DNA from: the human T2T-CHM13v2.0 reference genome, Homo sapiens
Reading direction: 5' to 3' (one strand)
Length of the DNA stretch: 64,000 nt
Assembly (NCBI RefSeq): GCF_009914755.1
Contig: NC_060932.1
Shown here one piece after another: positions 32,925 to 50,200 of the stretch (position 1 is its first letter; every line of letters begins with the position of its first letter). Under the pieces are notes generated by a model. That model saw only the letters and a list, made by a program, of their open reading frames with translations. It did not search any database and was not told where the DNA came from. Both the position numbers and the translations under genes were made by a program.

Positions 32925-33777
32925 TGTTTTGTTCAACCTTGTTTTATTATAATGTTGATCAGAAAAAAAAAATTGAGGACTGGCTAGGACCACTGTCTGT
33001 GTGGAGTTTACACATTCTCCCATTGTCTACATGGGTTTTCCCTGGATATTCTGGTTTCTTCTCACATCCCAAAGTTGTGCCATTAGGTTAATTGGCATGT
33101 CTACATGGTCCCAGTCCGAGTGAATATGGGTGCGTGTGTGAGTACGCCTTGAGGTGGATTAACATTCTAGCCAGGGATGGCTCCCACCTTGCACACTTAG
33201 TTGCCAGGGATAGGTTCCAGCCGCCCACATGACCCTGAACTGGAATAGTGGGTTAGAAAATGAGTGAATGAATACAAATTATTATAAGATAAAGATTCCT
33301 AAGGTATGTAATAGTCATACAAATGCACAACAGTAAACAAACAAACAGTGAGGGACAAAAAGCACTCAGAGGGCTGTCAGAATTACTGTTTTTGAATTTT
33401 GTGGTGGTAGGAGGGAATCCTTAAAATTTTTGTTTTGCAAACATTTATTCCTTGACTTGACCAACATCCACTAAAACCACTGTTACTCACTGATTCACCA
33501 AAAATGAGGTAAATAATAATTATCTTTCTTGTTTTTGTTAATCTTTTACAAATGTATGTGTATGTATAGCTCACATTTATTTCAATGTTTAATATCAAAA
33601 GTGTTTTTGGCCTTTATTTAGAAGCTTGGTTATATTTTTGTGACCAGAAATGCATCATTGGAACTTAGCTCTTGTTTATATCAATTAGCCTACAGTAAAT
33701 TGGTTTCATTATACATTGTTTTGCTAAAAGTTGCAGTTTCTAAGAACCTATTGAAGCCATTAAGTGAGGACTTACTG
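32925..33777 (+). mobile_element. MER6 (TcMar-Tigger-type non-autonomous DNA transposon)
   Basis: CCACTGTCTGTGTGGAGTTT...CACATCCCAAAG; right terminus AAGTGAGGACTTACTG followed by TA; left TIR eroded. Confidence 0.85.
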
Positions 33778-36700
33778 TACACATCTTTATTTTATACTAG
33801 TTCATTCATTCATTCATCCAATATATATTGAGTATCTGTCATCTATCAAAAAGTATGCTAGGCTCTGTGGAAGATGCATAGATAAATAAAAATAGATCCT
33901 GCTGTCAGGAAATTTACAGTTTAGTTGGGAACATAGCGAATGTTTCACATACCTAGAACAGAAATTGAAAGTGTCAAACAAGTTTCAGAAAGAGAAACAT
34001 AAAGCTCTCCAACTGTTAAAAGAGACACATTGAGTGATCCTTATCAACCAGCAAGTGGTCCTGAGTCCTAACACAGTTTCCATTCCATCTATTATTGTGC
34101 CAGAAACCAATATTCTACTGGCTTAGAGGATGTCAGCCTATACATGGGATATCTTGGCAATAATCTACAGGAAAGTGACAGGAGAGATTTGTTTCAATCC
34201 TAGAGAAAGGACGATATATTATTCATCTTGTTTACCTTTTGGACTCAGTAAAGTCTGGACCATTGTGAATAGTTAAATGTGTTTTTGTTGAAATGGCTTA
34301 AAGTGTTTATTTAATGAGATCAATGTGTAGTTCTAACGCAAATAATTTAAAGATTTAACTTGCTTTGAATTAGTGACATTGTCAAATTTTAAAAGCACAG
34401 CCTTAATGCTCCAGTCTTCATTTGTTCTTTCGTGTAATTATTTTCATTCATTCATTTAAGTATGTATGTATTTGTTTATGCAGTCAGACAATAAATACTC
34501 ATTAAACTAGCTCTTTTTACTCTCTGCCTTTAATTGCCCTCTCTTTCTCATGGATTCATTTTTATTCCCAAATAAATTTTAAGCTCTCTTAGGGCAGGGA
34601 CCTAGCCTCTCTCTAACATTGAGCTAAGTAAATATTCAATACTAAAAATTTACTTGGTAATTTCTGCTCTCCTCTTAACTGTGACAAGCAGCTCATGCCA
34701 CAAACATATATTAAATGAATTCTTATTTATAACAATTAAAACTGATCAGATGGACCCTTTTCTGTTTCATCTCCATGGAAACTTTTATTTTGCCTGGCTG
34801 TGGATGAGGGAGGTGCACAGTGGCGATGACCTAACCTTGGAAAAACTCTCATTTCAGGTTGGAGCACTTACTCAGAAGCTCTGGCGTATAGGAAGCTCCC
34901 AGCACAGGGAACTTTAGAAAACTCATAAATGCAGGTCTCCAGATGCCAGAAGATTAAACAAATGCCAGCTTCACAAGGCCATGCTTTTCCAGCAGAAGAG
35001 AGATGCAATGTAAACAAAAAACTTGTAGGTAAAAATAAAATTTTGGAACAGAAAGAGGACACAAAATAAGGATTTAAGGCTGACAGAATGGGAGGAGAAA
35101 AAAACAAGAATTCAATATACCAACCAAGCAAAAAGGCTGCAGAGAAAGAAGTGAGTCCTTTGCTTCCTGATTCAAGGGGTCCAGTGACAGAGCATTCAAT
35201 CCAGTCTAACAAATATTTATTAATGCTGAGGTGGAACTCGAGAAAGTGGGTGGGAGAGGAAGGTGGAATTGGGAGTGGATTTTGACTGTGGGAATGGGAG
35301 GTTGGGGAAAGAAACATTATTTACATTGTGCCAATTTTTCTATATATTTAATGCTAGTGAGGACTTACAGCAAAACTTTGAGACAGGCAATGTTATCCTT
35401 CATTTAGTAGGTAAGAAAGCCAAGACTTGGGGGTCAAGTAACTTCTCCAATCACATCTACACCGTTAATAAATGCCAGAACCTATTTCCAAATTTATGTG
35501 CATCTGATTCCAAAAATCTATATCCTACCCCCTACATTATTTTATCCCTATGCCTCATTCAGAGCAGTGTGATGGAGTCTGAGGATGGGAATATAACAAA
35601 GGAAGCAATGTAGGCCTTACATTTTAAAGTGTTCTGAACTAATAAGGGAAGAAAGGCATGTAGACAATGAGCCATATCACGTGATAGAATAAAATATGGG
35701 CTTGGCTAGATATAAACGACGTACTGAGGATGACAGATAAAAGAGCATTTCATTGATATTTCTGTAAGGGATAGTATGTACTCTCTAGTACTTACTAGAT
35801 ATGATGTTATTGGACCTGAATGCAAAGAAAGATATTGAATCAAGCTTAATAGGTTAAGAATTAAGGGACAACCATCATGCACAAAGAAGGGGAAGGGATT
35901 ATAATGCATGGACAGAAATAAAGTTGAAAAAAATGCTTGCAGTTAGATCATGGAAATTCTTGAATACAGCCATAGGCAGTTTGGACTCAGTACTTTGCAC
36001 GATGGAGGTCAATAGGAGATATTAATATTTGGAGAAGGAAGATAAGTGATCTGTTGTATTGATATCTGGGGAAAATCATTATTTAAAAAATAACCATAGC
36101 TTACTTTGAATAGGTGCTATAGAGTTTGGGGAATTATACAAGTATCTTTTCCTTCAAATTCCCATATTGTCTCTTAGCTAGATGGCCTGGAATTTTCTTC
36201 CTTTGTATTTAAAATTTGTAATAAGTAATCTAAGAATACAAACTAGAAGTTTTATTAATGTGTCTTCTCATGCATCACAAACCCAGAAGAAATGTCATAA
36301 ACCTCCACATCTTCTCTACCTACCTGGGAAGAGCAATATTTTAATAATGAGGAGTATGGAAAAAGGTGGAGAAGAGGGCCTAGCTACAATGGCGTAGGTT
36401 CAGAATCATGACTGTGGTCTTTAGAAACCCTAAAAGGAATAAAGGTAGGCATCCCAGTCCTAGAGAAACTGGAATATCAGGCAGGTAGATAGGTATCAGA
36501 CATTTACAAAATTCATACCTTGGATCCACAGTCTAGAACTTAGGGCAAAATTTGGAATAGAATCCAGAGCTTGACTTCCCTGGTAATAGATGACCAGGCC
36601 ATGAGATTATTTTTCTTCTCACAGGGAAAAACTGGTTACAAAGAATGAGATGAGGTTAAGTCTGCTAGCAAAGCAGAATAGTTCCAGTTTTATAGTCAGA

Positions 36701-36846
36701 TAGCCAAGGGATCAGAAAATGTGGCTAATTTATGCAATACAAAGAGACATCACAGGTTGTGTTTGGGGAAGTCAAAGGTCTATTGGAGTACTTAAATTTG
36801 AGAGAAGGCAATGAGTATCAGTTTTTCTAATAGGAATTTCTAGTGA

Positions 36847-36872
36847 AACAACAACAACAACAACAACAACAA
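36847..36872. repeat. (AAC)n microsatellite
   Basis: About 8 units. Confidence 0.9.
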
Positions 36873-37101
36873 ATCGATATTAGGTTGTAAAGTAGGAGGT
36901 CAAGCAAAGCTCTCAGTAGCAAATAGATGTAGCCTTGATTACTGTCTTTCCCTTTGACTTGATGTGTTATGTTGATCTAGACAGAAAAGCTGTCTGAACC
37001 TTTATTCATTAATATGTGAAATGGTAATAAAGATGACTACTTCATAAACAGACTATGAGGATTTCAATAAAATAGTTTACCTGAAATGAAGATAAGCTGT
37101 C

Positions 37102-38093
37102 TGTGACAAGCAGGCTCTAATATGATACCCACCTGCTAGTGTTTATGCCTGTATGTGATCCTCTTCCCTTGGTTGCTGGCTGGCTTGACGATTTGCTTTT
37201 AATTAATTGAATGTGGTGAAGTGGCAGGATATCACTTCCCTGATTAGGTTACATATGACTGTGGCTTCTCTCTTGCTAGGGAATTCTTCCTCAATTGTTT
37301 GTTGAAGTTAACTATTGCATGAAGAGGCCCATGTAGCAAAGAACCAAGAACAACCTCCTGTCGGCAGCCAATGAGGAACTTAGACCCCCGATGTAACAGC
37401 ACGCAAGGAATGGAATTCTGCCAATAACTAGATAAGTTTAGAAAGCAAATCCTTCCCTGGTTGAGCCTTCTGATGAGACACCAGTCCTAGCTGACACGTT
37501 GATTACATCCTGTGGTGGTTAATGTTGTGTCAACCTGGCTAGACTGTGGTTCTCAGTGGATTGGCTAAATATCAGTCCAGATGTTGCTGTGAAGGGTTTT
37601 TTTTTTTAAATGTGATTAAGATTTAAGTCAGTAGACTGAATAATTATCAACATTCATATAAGTAGACTTTGAGTAAAGCAGATTCTACCCATAATGTGGG
37701 TGGGCTTCATGCAATCAGTTAAAGGCCTTAAGAGCAAAGAAAGACTGAGGTTGACCCCAAAAGAAAGAGTTTTCCTTCAAGATAGCCACATAAAATCCCA
37801 GCTTGAGTTTCTAGCCTGTTCATCTTTGGTATGTGGACTAAGATTGCCACATCAACCCCTGCCAGAACTCCAGACTGTGAGCCTGCCCTACAGAGTTCAG
37901 ATTTGCCAGTCCCCAAAAATCACATGAGAAAATTTCTTGAAATAAATTTATCTCTTTTTCTCTTTAAATATAAAAGAACTTAAAGCAGAAGATCTCACTA
38001 AGTTATGCCTGTATTTCTGATCCACGAAAATAATAAAACAATATTTATGGGCTATTTTGCCTCTATATTTGTGGTAATTTGTTATACTGCAGC
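37102..38093 (+). mobile_element. MLT1E-like MaLR LTR interrupted by an MLT2 LTR
   Basis: TCACTTCCCTGATTAGGTTAC...CAGCCAATGAGGAACT...ATTCTGCCAATAAC; resumes about 37970 to TGTGGTAATTTGTTA. Confidence 0.7.
37511..37965 (+). mobile_element. MLT2 (ERVL) LTR
   Basis: TGTGGTGGTTAATGTTGTGTCAACCTGGCTAG...GACTTTGAGTAAAGCAGATT...AATGTGGGTGGGC. Confidence 0.8.
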
Positions 38094-39876
38094 TGTCCAA
38101 TGAGAGATTTTAAACAACTTGGTTCACATTACATATCCCTTGACTGTTGGGAAGTTCCATGCCCTGTCTAAGCTTTCTGTAACTTCTTGGTGGTGACATA
38201 TTTACATTCGGCTACTTACTATTATTTGCTCCGAGTTCTGGCCTTTAACAAACTACTCTGATTTTCATCTTGGCTCCTTTTGATTTGTGACATTCTGTCT
38301 GTTTCAAACTAAATATAAAACACACCCCCTTCCCTGGGCATAATCTCAGAGTCATTCGTACTGGTTATTAGTGTGTCTTTATGGTGCTCTGCCATCTGAT
38401 TTCCCATTGGTCACTTCTGTCTGTGGACTCCAACTTTCCATAAGGTTATTTAGGACTTCTGTCTCCCTTTCTGCTCCCTTCAACACAAATTTCCCTCTCA
38501 CTTCTCTTGCAGAGTTTTATCTGTTTTGAGTCACCCAGCTAAGGTGGTCTATCAAGGCATTTTTCTAGACAAAGAGTTTCATTCCTAAAGGAGGCTTTCA
38601 TGTAAATAGTTAAAATATTTTCTTTACTTTTCTACCTATGTAAAACTCCCAGAAGATTGCTGGAAAGAGAGCAAATACTTGACAGGTACAGAGTTCCCTT
38701 CTTTTTCCTCCTCTCTCACATTTAATCTGCTATCTCCCAGAGAATTATGTTTATAAGGCCAGACCAATGAGGTTAGGAGAGTGGTATCACACAAGGTTTT
38801 AGTTTTTTCAACATGAAAAATATTTTCTCAAGTAGAGTTTTCCAAACTGTTTGTGATGAAGGACCAGATTTGCTTTTCCTTTAAAAAAATTTCAATACAT
38901 CTCAGATGAACACTTCAGTAAAACATAATAAAAATGAATGCCAGACTAAGGATCTCAAGCTTTGTTTTCTCTGAATTTTGAAGCACTATTGAAAAGTTTT
39001 TGCTATAAAAGACATATGGTTAGACCTGTGGTTTAGAGGAATCATTCTAGTACCAGAGTGGGGGATATACTATGTATCCTGAGGTCCCTATAGGCATTAG
39101 ATGATAGTCCAGGATGATGAGAGAAAAGAAGGTATATTGGGGGAATTTTAGAAGGTAAAATTGGCAGGATTTTATTCTCATTGAAGAAAGGAAGAAAGAC
39201 AGACAGATGAAAAGAAAGAAAACCACTGAACATAAAAATAAATTAAAAGACATGCCTGGACTTTCCAAATGACTGAACATTCCCATTAATCTCTCTCTGC
39301 TGTTTCTTGAAACCCCACTTAAAAGAACAGTGAAGAGATTTCTCTAAAAGGCATACATTCATGAAGTCAAAAAGAGAAGAAACAAACAATTTCAACAATA
39401 TTTTGCAAAGAGTTCTTGAAAACTAAACGTATAATGGTCAAATGAAAAAATGAATAGGAGATTTGGAAGATAAATTGAAAGAAAACTCCCCCCAAAACAG
39501 TACAAAGAAATGGAAGATAATACAGACATTTTAGAAGATAATCCAGAAAGTAGAATAAAGACAAATAGGGAAAAATTGAAGAGTAAGATTTTTTAAAAAA
39601 ACTAAAACATCAATATGAGAGGTAAAGGCCTGAATTCTAAGAGTTTCAGAAAATGAAAAATCAAGGCAGTTATGATTGCCTTCACTGCTGTCAGACTTGA
39701 CTTCACACGATTAACAATTAGAAAATGGAACAAAATTTATAAGAGCTGTTTTTATAGATTGTACAATAGGTAACACAGGACTGTAATCTTTGAATAAAGA
39801 GAAACAAATAAGATAAACCCTATGATACTCCAGGCTTTCCATCTAGCATTGCATTCCAGGCTGCCTACAAGAAGGC

Positions 39877-40618
39877 TGTGTTGGTTTGCCAGGGCTATTG
39901 TAACAAAATACCACAGACTGGGTGGCTTAAATAACAAAAAGCTATTTTTTCACAGTTCTGGAGTTTGGAAGTCCAAGATCAGGTTTGGTTTCTTCTGAGG
40001 CTTCTCTGCTTGGCTTGTAGATGCCTGCTCTCTCGCTGTATTCTCATCTGGTCTTTTTTTCTTGCATGTGCATTCCTGGAATCTCCTGTATGTCCAAACT
40101 TCCTCTTATAAGGACACCAGTCCAATTGGATAAGGTCCAATTGGTCTTTGAGGACTATTGGCCTCATTTTAACTTAATTACCTTTTTTTTTTTTTTGAGA
40201 AGGAGCTTCACTCTTGTCACCCAAGCTGGAGTACAGTGGCGTGATCTTGGCTTATTGCGACCTCTGCCTCCCAGATTCAAGTGATTCTCCTGCCTCAGCC
40301 ATCTGAGTAGCTGTGATTACAGTCACCTGCCACCACACCTGGCTAATTTTGTTTTTTTTTTTTTGTTGTTGTTGTTGTTGTTGTTTTAGTAGAGATGGGG
40401 TTTCACTATGTTGGCCAGGCTGGTCTCAAACTCCTGACCTCACATAATCTGCCCACTTTGGCCTTTCAAAGTGCTGAGATTACAGGCATGAGCCACCATC
40501 CCTGACTTTTAATAATTACCTATTAAAGGCCCTACATTCAAATCCAGTTAGATTCTGAGGTATGGGGATTAGAGCTTTAATAGATAAATTTACAGGGAAC
40601 ACAATTCATTCCATAAAA
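39877..40618 (-). mobile_element. MLT1A/B-like MaLR LTR
   Basis: AACAAAATACCACAGACTGGGTGGCTTAAA...CTTATAAGGACACCAGTC; possible 5-bp TSD AAGGC/AAGAC. Confidence 0.85.
40183..40506 (-). mobile_element. AluS (Sq-like) inside the MLT1 LTR, middle linker expanded to (TTG)n
   Basis: Dimeric Alu with poly(T) at the left, flanked by TAATTACCT repeats. Confidence 0.92.
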
Positions 40619-42392
40619 AAGACCAAATCTAATACAAGCTCAACAATCTTACTAAGTTAAAGAGGCAAAGATAAAAGTTCAAGACATTGAGTCCTGCAGA
40701 TTTTGTGGGACAGAGTACCCAGAAAGAGGATATACATAAAGCAAAAGATATCCTTAAATCTGCCTAGGTATCCCCTTCCTGCCCAGGTGTGAAGTAAGAG
40801 TCTAGTCTAAAAGTCTAGCCAAAAATCAGTTACTCAAAGAAGAAAATAACTACTAAAAAGCTGTAAAATAAACAATTACCAGAGCTGACAAAGGTTAAAA
40901 AGTGTTGGACTTCTAAACAGGACCATCAGTAGGGACCTCAAAAAGGCCATATCATAGTAGTAGTACAAAACTAATTCTATAGTAAAGGAAACACTAGAGC
41001 CACCTAGAGAAAATTTAAAAACAAGCTTCAAAATGGCCAAGACTATGTGCAAAGAACAAACATATTTGACAAAACGAAACTCAACATTTGTTAAAAATAG
41101 TCAACAAAATCATACACTACACAATGTAACATTCAATGTGTTAAGCATCTAGTCTAAAATTACTAGACATGCAAAGAAGCAGTAAAATGTAATTCATTAT
41201 CAGGAGAACAATTAATAAAAACAAACTCAGAAATGACAGCACTGTTGGAATTAGCAAGCAAATAAGAGCTTTATAACTTTATGTTCAATAATTTCAAGGA
41301 AAGCATGCACAAGATGATGAATGAAATGGAAGCCATAAAAAAGAACCCAACAGAACATCTAAAAATAAAAATGAAATTTTGGAAATTAAAAAGAATATAT
41401 ATTTGATAGACTTAGCAAATTAAACACTACAGGATGAAGTAAAAGTGAACTCATTGGCATAACAATTAGATAGTATCCAGAGAGGGAGGAGCCAAGATGG
41501 CCAAATAGGAACAGCTCCGGTCTACAGCTCCCAGCCTGAGCGACGCAGAAGACGGGTGATTTCTGCATTTCCATCTGAGGTACCGGGTTCATCTCACTAG
41601 GGAGTGCCGGACAGTGGGCGCAGGTCAGTGGGTGCGCGCACCGTGTGCGAGCCGAAGCAGGGCGAGGCATTGCCTCACTCCGGAAGCGCAAGGGGTCAGG
41701 GAGTTCCCTTTCCTAATCAAAGAAAGGGGTGACGGACGGCACCTGGAAAATCGGGAAAATCGGGTCACTCCCACCAGAATACTGCGCTTTTCCGACGGGC
41801 TTAAAAAACAGCGCACCACGAGATTATATCCCCCACCTGGCTCGGAGAGTCCTACGCCACGGAGTCTCGCTGATTGCTAGCACAGCAGTCTGAGATCAAA
41901 CTGCAAGGCGGCAGTGAGGCTGGGGGAGGGGCGCCCACTATTGCCCAGGCTTGCTTAGGTAAACAAAGCATCCGGGAAGCTCGAACTGGGTGGAGCCCAC
42001 CGCAGCTCAAGGAGGCCTGCCGGCCTCTGTAGGCTCCACCTCTGGGGGCAGGGCACAGACAAACAAAAAGACAGCAGTAACCTCTGCAGACTTAAATGTC
42101 CCTGTCTGACAGCTTTGAAGAGAGCAGTGGTTCTCCCAGTACGCAGCTGGAGATCTGAGAACGGGCAGACTGCCTCCTCAAGTGGGTCCCTGACCCCTGA
42201 CTCCTGAGCAGCCTAACTGGGAGGCACCCTCCAGCAGGGGCACACTGACACCTCACACTGCAGGGTACTCCAACAGACCTGCAGCTGAGGGTCCTATTAG
42301 AAGGAAAATTAACAAACAGAAAGGACATCCACACCAAAAACCCATCTGTACATCACCATCATCAAAGACCAAAAGTAGATAAAACCACAAAG

Positions 42393-43409
42393 ATGGGGAA
42401 AAAACAGAGCAGAAAAACTGGAAACTCTAAAAATCAGAACGCCTCTCCTCCTCCAAAGGAATGCAATTCCTCACCAGCAACAAAACAAAGCTGGACCGAA
42501 AATGACTTTGAGGAGCTGAGAGAAGAAGGCTTCAGACGATCAAATTACTCTGAGCTATGGGAGGACATTCAAACCAAAGGCAAAGAAGTTGAAAACTTTG
42601 AAAAAAATTTAGAAGAATGTATAACTAGAATAACCAATACAGAGAAGTGCTTAAAGGAGCTGATGGAGCTGAAAGCCAAGGCTCCAGAACTACGTGAAGA
42701 ATGCAGAAGACTCAGGAGCCGATGCGATCAACTGGAAGAAAGGGTATCAGCGATGGAAGATGAAATGAATGAAATGAAGCGAGAAGGGAAGTTTAGAGAA
42801 AAAAGAATAAAAAGAAATGAGCAAAGCCTCCAAGAAATATGGGACTATGTGAAAAGACCAAATCTACGTCTGATTGGTGTACCTGAAAGTGATGGGGAGA
42901 ATGGAACCAAGTTGGAAAACACTCTGCAGGATATTATCCAGGAGAATTTCCCCAATCTAGCAAGGCAGGCCAATGTTCAGATTCAGGAAATACAGAGAAC
43001 GCCACAAAGATCCTCCTCGAGAAGAGCAACTCCAAGACACATAATTGTCAGATTCACCAAAGTTGAAATGAAGGAAAAAATGTTAAGGGCAGCCAGAGAG
43101 AAAGGTCGGGTTACCCTCAAAGGGAAGCCCATCAGACTAACAGCGGATCTCTTGGCAGAAACTCTACAAGCCAGAAGAGAGTGGGGGCCAATATTCAACA
43201 TTCTTAAAGAAAAGAATTTTCAACCCAGAATTTCATATCCAGCCAAACTAAGCTTCATAAGCAAAGGAGAAATAAAATACTTTACAGGCAAGCAAATGCT
43301 GAGAGATTTTGTCACCATCAGGCCTGCCCTAAAAGAGCTCCTGAAGGAAGTGCTAAACATGGAAAGGAACAACCGGTACCAGCCACTGCAAAATCATGCC
43401 CAAATGTAA
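42393..43409 (+). CDS. ORF1: L1 ORF1p, intact 338 aa RNA-binding/chaperone protein
   Basis: Uninterrupted 338-codon ORF with REKG, ARR and YPAKLS motifs. Confidence 0.88.
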   Translation: MGKKQSRKTGNSKNQNASPPPKECNSSPATKQSWTENDFEELREEGFRRSNYSELWEDIQTKGKEVENFEKNLEECITRITNTEKCLKELMELKAKAPELREECRRLRSRCDQLEERVSAMEDEMNEMKREGKFREKRIKRNEQSLQEIWDYVKRPNLRLIGVPESDGENGTKLENTLQDIIQENFPNLARQANVQIQEIQRTPQRSSSRRATPRHIIVRFTKVEMKEKMLRAAREKGRVTLKGKPIRLTADLLAETLQARREWGPIFNILKEKNFQPRISYPAKLSFISKGEIKYFTGKQMLRDFVTIRPALKELLKEVLNMERNNRYQPLQNHAQM

Positions 43410-43472
43410 AGACCATCAAGACTAGGAAGAAACTGCATCAACTAACGAGCAAAATAACCAGCTAACTTCATC

Positions 43473-47294
<3,822 letters not shown>

Positions 47295-50200
47295 ACAATG
47301 AGATCACATGGACACAGGAAGGGGAATATCACACTCTGGGGACTGTTGTGGGGTGGGGGGAGGGGGGAGGGATAGCATTGGGAGATATACCTAATGCTAG
47401 ATGAAGAGTTAGTGGGTGCAGCACACCAGCATGGCACATGTATACGTATGTAACTAACCTGCACAATGTGCACATGTACCCTAAAACTTAAAGTATAATA
47501 ATAAAAAAAATTAAAAAAAACAAAACAAAACAAAAAACAATTAGATAGTATCCAAAATGAAGCATAGAGAAAAAAAATAGTTTAAAAAAACAACTTCAGG
47601 AATCTGTAACACAATATTATGCTGTCTAACATACATGTAATTGGAGTATCAAAGAGAAAAAGAAGAGAAGTTGCAGGAAGAGTGTTTAAAAATATACTGG
47701 CCCAAACTTAAAAAAAAACAATGAAGCGTATAAACACATAGATCAAAGAAACTCTGCATTCACCAAGAAGGATAATTGAAAGAAAACAAAACCAAAGTCT
47801 CTCATTATCAAATTGCTAAAGACAGAAATCATGAAAATCTTAAAGTAGCCAGAGTAAAAACCATACATTGTGTATGAGATAAAGTCAAGACTAATCGCTG
47901 AATTCTCATCAGAATAAATCCAAGCCAGAAGACAACAGAATCACATTAATGTTTGAAAAAACAATAAAATATCATCAAGATACTATTTCATTTTATGTGA
48001 AAATATTCTTCATAAGTAAAAATTAAAACATGACATTTTTCAGGCAAACAAAAAACAGAAAATTTATCATCAGTAAAACTGCACTACCAAAAAATATTAA
48101 AGAAATTATTCAAGTTGAAGGGATATAATACCACATGTAAGTCTGGATCTACTCAAAGAAATGAAGGATACTAGAAATAGCAAACATGAGGATAAAGATT
48201 TTTTGAAATGGTTTTTTATAATGTTTTATATTATAGTTGTAAAAATGTATAACAATAGCACAAACTGTATGATGGAGAAATGGAAATGTATTGTGTAACA
48301 TTCTTGTATTTCTTGAAATGGCAAATAGACTTTGAAGATAGTAAAGATTGATTATAACAAGTTAGAGATACATATTGTAAAGCCCAGAGCAGCCACTAAA
48401 ACTTAAAGAGAGATATAGCTAGTAAATCAATAGAGGACACGGAATGAAATATTAAATATTAGTCAACACAAATAAGGCAGCAAAAGAGAAAAATGAGAAA
48501 AACTACAGATAAAACAAATATAAAGTAAACACTAATATAACAGCTTTAAATCCAACCATATTGATAAATATATTATATGCCAATGATCTAAAGAAAGACT
48601 CCAACTAAATGCAAAGGCACAACCCAATCATATTCTGTCAACAAGAAACACTCTTGAAATACAAAAACATAGATAAGTTAAAAATGATGAAAAACATATT
48701 CAATGCAAGCACTAGTCATAAGGAATACTAAATGGCTGTATTATTATCTTATAAATTAGACTTTAGATCAAATAATATTGCTTGTAATTCATTTAGATAA
48801 TGGCATTTTATAACGATAAAATAGTTTATCAAGGCACATTCTTAAGTATGTGTGCACTTAGAACAATGGTTCAACATTTTTAAAGCAAAAACTGACCAAA
48901 CTGAAAAAAGACACATCCAAAATGGTGGTTACACACCTGAACTCTTTTCTTGACAGGGATAAAAAAGTAGAAAGAAAATAAGGACAGATGTAGAACATGT
49001 GGGCAATGTTATTAACCAACCTGACATAACTGATATTTTTAGAGCTCTTCAAGTGTCCACTAACATTCACCAACATTCACCAAGATAAGTCATGTGCTGG
49101 GTCATAAAACTGGAATGAATTAATTTAAAGAGGTCAAAAATATACAGAGTATTACTTCTAGCCACAACAGTATAAAATTAGAAATATGAGAAAAATACAT
49201 AAACATTTTTAGAAGACCCCAAATATTTGGAAATTCTAAAAAAATCTAAATAATTCTAAATTAGTTCATAACACTAAATGTTTTTGGTAGAAAACAAAGA
49301 CAGATTTAAAGTCAATAATCTAAGCTTTCACATTAAGAAGCTATAAAAAAGGAAATTCAACCCCAAATAAGTAGAAGGTAAATAATAATTACAAAAATCA
49401 ATGAAATACAAAATGTTAAACAATAGAGAATAGAAATAAAACAAAAATCTGTCTTTTTAAAAAGATTGGCAGTTGATATTTTTCTTAGGAAACTAAAAAG
49501 AGAGAGAGGGAGAGGACAAATAGCAATATTCAGAGTGAAATGCAGATGTAACTACAGATACTATGAATATTAAATTGTACCTGATGAATATTATGAACAA
49601 TTCTATGTCAATAAATCTAACAATACAGATAAAATGCACATATTCCCTAAATGATATAAGTTATCAAAATGGATATAGGAAGAATAGAAAATATTAATAT
49701 ATCTATTTTTAAAATACAATTTGTGAACATGAGCCTTTCCACAAAGAAAATTTCAGTCCTGAGTATTTTCATTTGTCAATTTTATTAAACACTTTAAAAA
49801 GAAATTATATCCATCTTACACAATCTCAGATAACAGGGAAGGAGGAGACATATTTTAGTGGAATTTTTAGGCCAACATTACCCTAACACTTAAACTGAAA
49901 ATAAATATTATATAAGAAAAGATAACTATAAACTAATACTTTTCATGAAGATAAAAAAGAAAATCCTTCACAAGGTATTAACAAATTAAATCTAACAAAA
50001 TATAATACATCATGACCAACTGGGTTTTATTTTAGAAATACCAAGTTAATACGACATTTAAAAGTCAAGCAGTGTAATTCACCATACTAACAGAATAAAA
50101 GATAAAAATCATATGATTATTTCAAGAAATGAAAAAAAAACTATGAAAAAATTCCCAGCAAAATGCATCTAAAAAACCCTACAGCTATCATTATATATTA

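Noticed and set aside
34872-35136. Further possible minus-strand exon (TTCTTTCTCTGCAG acceptor, GTAAGT donor)
   Set aside because: Long, T-rich and with no supporting frame evidence; not distinguishable from chance
37630-37668. 23-nt insert between AGTAGACT repeats as an hAT footprint or mini-element
   Set aside because: The insert resembles the adjacent MLT2 sequence, so an old tandem duplication is simpler
14417-39937. Short 60-150 aa ORFs in the middle region as protein-coding genes
   Set aside because: No recognisable domains, many use non-ATG starts or overlap decayed repeats; expected by chance
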